Positions 63,078-64,000 of a stretch of DNA of 64,000 nucleotides are shown in pieces (the stretch's first letter is position 1; each line of letters opens with the position of its first letter). The stretch is from assembly GCA_012295275.1 (NCBI GenBank), contig CM022669.1, forward strand, positions 13,516,001 through 13,580,000, read 5' to 3'. The DNA is from Chrysomallon squamiferum (taxonomy: Eukaryota > Animalia > Mollusca). Under the pieces are notes generated by a model. It was not told where the DNA came from and ran no database searches. It saw nothing but the letters and a program-made list of their open reading frames with translations. Made by a program: the position numbers and the translations under genes.

Positions 63078-63324
63078 AGAAGAAGATGAAGAAGAAAATT
63101 TAAAAAAATAAGGAAAAACGAATATCTTATTATCTTGTCAGAAAAGGATAGCATATAAATTATTTGCATGGCTGATAAATAATGATCGAAGTTATGGACC
63201 AAGAAAATATTTAACTTTTGTCCACAAAAATAAAACTAATAATTATCTAAGACTTATTAACACTCTTTAGGACTTTGTAGTGTGCAATTTCGTTTTGACT
63301 TCTCTCCCTCTTTCTCTATTTCTC

Positions 63325-63435
<111 letters not shown>

Positions 63436-63933
63436 GTTTGTGTAATAAATAAATGAATATGTGTTTAACGAAACATCTGCTACATGCTTTGTACTACCTA
63501 ATCAGAGCTATTGGAAATCTTCAGTGGAATGTAACTGTGGTTTTATAAAATAGAAACTGTTATGGCCAGTTCACGTGGCTCAGTCCGAACGTGACTTGCA
63601 TCACGTTTGTCAGCATTTTACAGCTCAGAGAAAAAAAAAAAAAAAAAAAAAAAAAGCAAAAGAAATATGATATCGATTTTAATTTTAATGATTAAAAAAA
63701 AAACCGACATATCTGGCACAAGCTCTTTTTTGGCGTTTTTAACTACGACATTTCAAACATAATTTAGTATATATAATTATGCATACATGCATTATACATA
63801 CATACATGGATACACATACATATAACGTACGTACATGGTAATATGATTAAACTGTGTATAAATGTTTATTTTTTATTGCTGCTGTTATCGTTCTTGTTAA
63901 TGTTTTGTGCTTATTGTTATTATCTTAAGAAGA

Positions 63934-63985
<52 letters not shown>

Positions 63986-64000
63986 TTAAATAAATAAATA

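Overview
AT-rich, microsatellite-dense eukaryotic genomic DNA from an intron-rich animal, probably a mollusc or other lophotrochozoan (inferred from composition and repeat style). I rebuilt five spliced genes by hand from splice sites and codon phases. (1) CCDC87-like, minus strand, 29 coding exons, running off the left edge, with one apparent 1-nt frameshift. (2) TRMO (tRNA m6t6A37 methyltransferase), plus strand, head-to-head with CCDC87 across <200 bp. (3) and (5) Two divergently oriented paralogous JmjC/cupin-8 2-oxoglutarate oxygenases, each with a signal peptide, intact HxD...H triad, C-terminal EF-hand and KDEL-like tail (HDEF, KGEL). (4) A canonical alpha-tubulin between those paralogs. 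The right ~22 kb has no recognisable coding exons. It holds a candidate TATA/CCAAT promoter and first exon at ~54.7 kb, inverted SINE-like and other repeat pairs, and a degenerate ~150 bp satellite. Most ORFs in the supplied track are microsatellite or antisense artefacts. The best candidate for an undescribed system is the ER-lumenal JmjC-EF-hand-KDEL hydroxylase pair.
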